From NCBI GenBank assembly GCA_965230295.1, contig OZ246001.1, positions 1,280,001 through 1,344,000 of the forward strand: a stretch of 64,000 nucleotides of DNA, written 5' to 3'. Positions within the stretch are counted from its first letter, which is position 1, and each line of letters opens with the position of its first letter. This stretch comes from Marinicella sp. Lineage in GTDB: Bacteria > Pseudomonadota > Gammaproteobacteria > Xanthomonadales > Marinicellaceae. The position numbers were made by a program, and so were the translations under genes. The notes beneath the pieces were generated by a model. The model did not search any database. It was not told the origin of the DNA and saw only the letters and a program-made list of their open reading frames with translations. This document shows positions 63,089 to 64,000 of the stretch, one piece after another.

Positions 63089-63732
63089 TGAAAAAATTAG
63101 AAAGAACCAAAAGAAATTTGGCTGCCTTCGGTTCCATGGTGTTTGGCACCGTGTTGGTTTTGGGTACTTTGATTTTGATCAATGACTCAGACAACCTGAT
63201 GGACCAAGCCAAAGGTGTTGAGGGCTCAAACATCAAAATTCAAAAACAAAAGCCCAAAGCACAACAAGAAATCAAACGGCCCAAGCCAAAACCAAAGCCC
63301 AAAAAGTCGCGACCAGCACCACCGACACCCTTACTGGGTTTAAACAGTTCTTTGGGCGGTTTGGATTTGGGCTTACCTGATTTTTCAATGGATGGATTGA
63401 ATGGCTTGGATGGCGACATTTTAGGCAATGGCAGTGGCGTGATCATGACCGATGACACCGTTGACCAATCACCCAAAGCAGTTTGGCAAGCACCGATGGT
63501 GTATCCACCCCGAGCGCGCGCCAAAGGCATTGAAGGCTATGTGGTCTTTTCATTGTTGATTGGTATCACTGGTGAAATTGAACAAGTCAAAATCGTTGAA
63601 TCTTACCCTGATGGTGTGTTTGATGAAGTGGCCATGCAAGGCATCAATGGTTGGCGTTTTGAGCCGGCCCAGTACCAAGGCCAGTCCGTTAAATCATGGG
63701 CCAAACAACGCATTCGATTCGATTTGAGTTAA
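63088..63732 (+). CDS. tonB: TonB
   Basis: TM, KP repeats, YPPRARAKGIEGYV, WRFEPA. Confidence 0.92.
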   Translation: MKKLERTKRNLAAFGSMVFGTVLVLGTLILINDSDNLMDQAKGVEGSNIKIQKQKPKAQQEIKRPKPKPKPKKSRPAPPTPLLGLNSSLGGLDLGLPDFSMDGLNGLDGDILGNGSGVIMTDDTVDQSPKAVWQAPMVYPPRARAKGIEGYVVFSLLIGITGEIEQVKIVESYPDGVFDEVAMQGINGWRFEPAQYQGQSVKSWAKQRIRFDLS

Positions 63733-63754
63733 CCGCATTCTATTTGAGAAAATC

Positions 63755-64000
63755 ATGAAAAAGATGTGCTTGCTGGCTTTGATGGTGTGTACCACACCTC
63801 TGGTCTTGGCAGAAGAAAATACCGATGAAGTCAATTTTCTGGAATTGGCTTCTTTGATGTTGAAAGACAATAATTTAGATCGAGCTGAATCGGCCTTGGG
63901 ACAGGTGGATCAAGCCGCTGAAGATTTTGATGCGCAAAGATTTCAAGTGCTCACAGGCCTACTACACGTGAGGAAAGGTGCTCACCAAACAGCCATTGAT
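63755..64000 (+). CDS. Secreted TPR-like protein, TtpD position (3' partial)
   Basis: Hand translation MKKMCLLALMVCTTPLVLAEENTDEVNFLELASLMLKDNNLDRAE..., open to the window end. Confidence 0.7.
   Translation, partial: MKKMCLLALMVCTTPLVLAEENTDEVNFLELASLMLKDNNLDRAESALGQVDQAAEDFDAQRFQVLTGLLHVRKGAHQTAID

Overview
A gene-dense 64 kb chromosomal window from a gammaproteobacterium; a marine, Marinicella-like lineage is inferred from gene content and protein tails but not verified. Most of it is housekeeping and metabolism: zipA-ligA, ftsB-ispDF, folK, aroKB-damX, hutF/hutI, sat-cysC, methionine gamma-lyase, iorAB, transporters and a TtpC-type TonB operon. I found no tRNA, rRNA, CRISPR array, transposase or prophage. 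Main signals: (1) an A-B-A'-B array of four paralogous secreted proteins whose two B copies look nucleotide-identical; (2) a shared C-terminal D-x-[IL]-[FY]-x-[ST]-x-F tail on unrelated secreted proteins, a candidate sorting or assembly tag; (3) back-to-back, canonically spaced Pho-box promoters driving a secreted beta-helix-like protein and a TonB system; (4) a 4x122 bp tandem repeat in which each unit is a 41-codon ORF coupled to the next by an ATGA overlap; (5) a GGA-hairpin cluster resembling Csr/Rsm RNAs after tonB; (6) an orphan B12 radical SAM enzyme with an RRE-like N-terminus; (7) two degenerate sigma54-type activators; (8) nested REP-like palindromes clustered around two HNH genes. 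All calls come from reading the sequence by eye; no searches were run.
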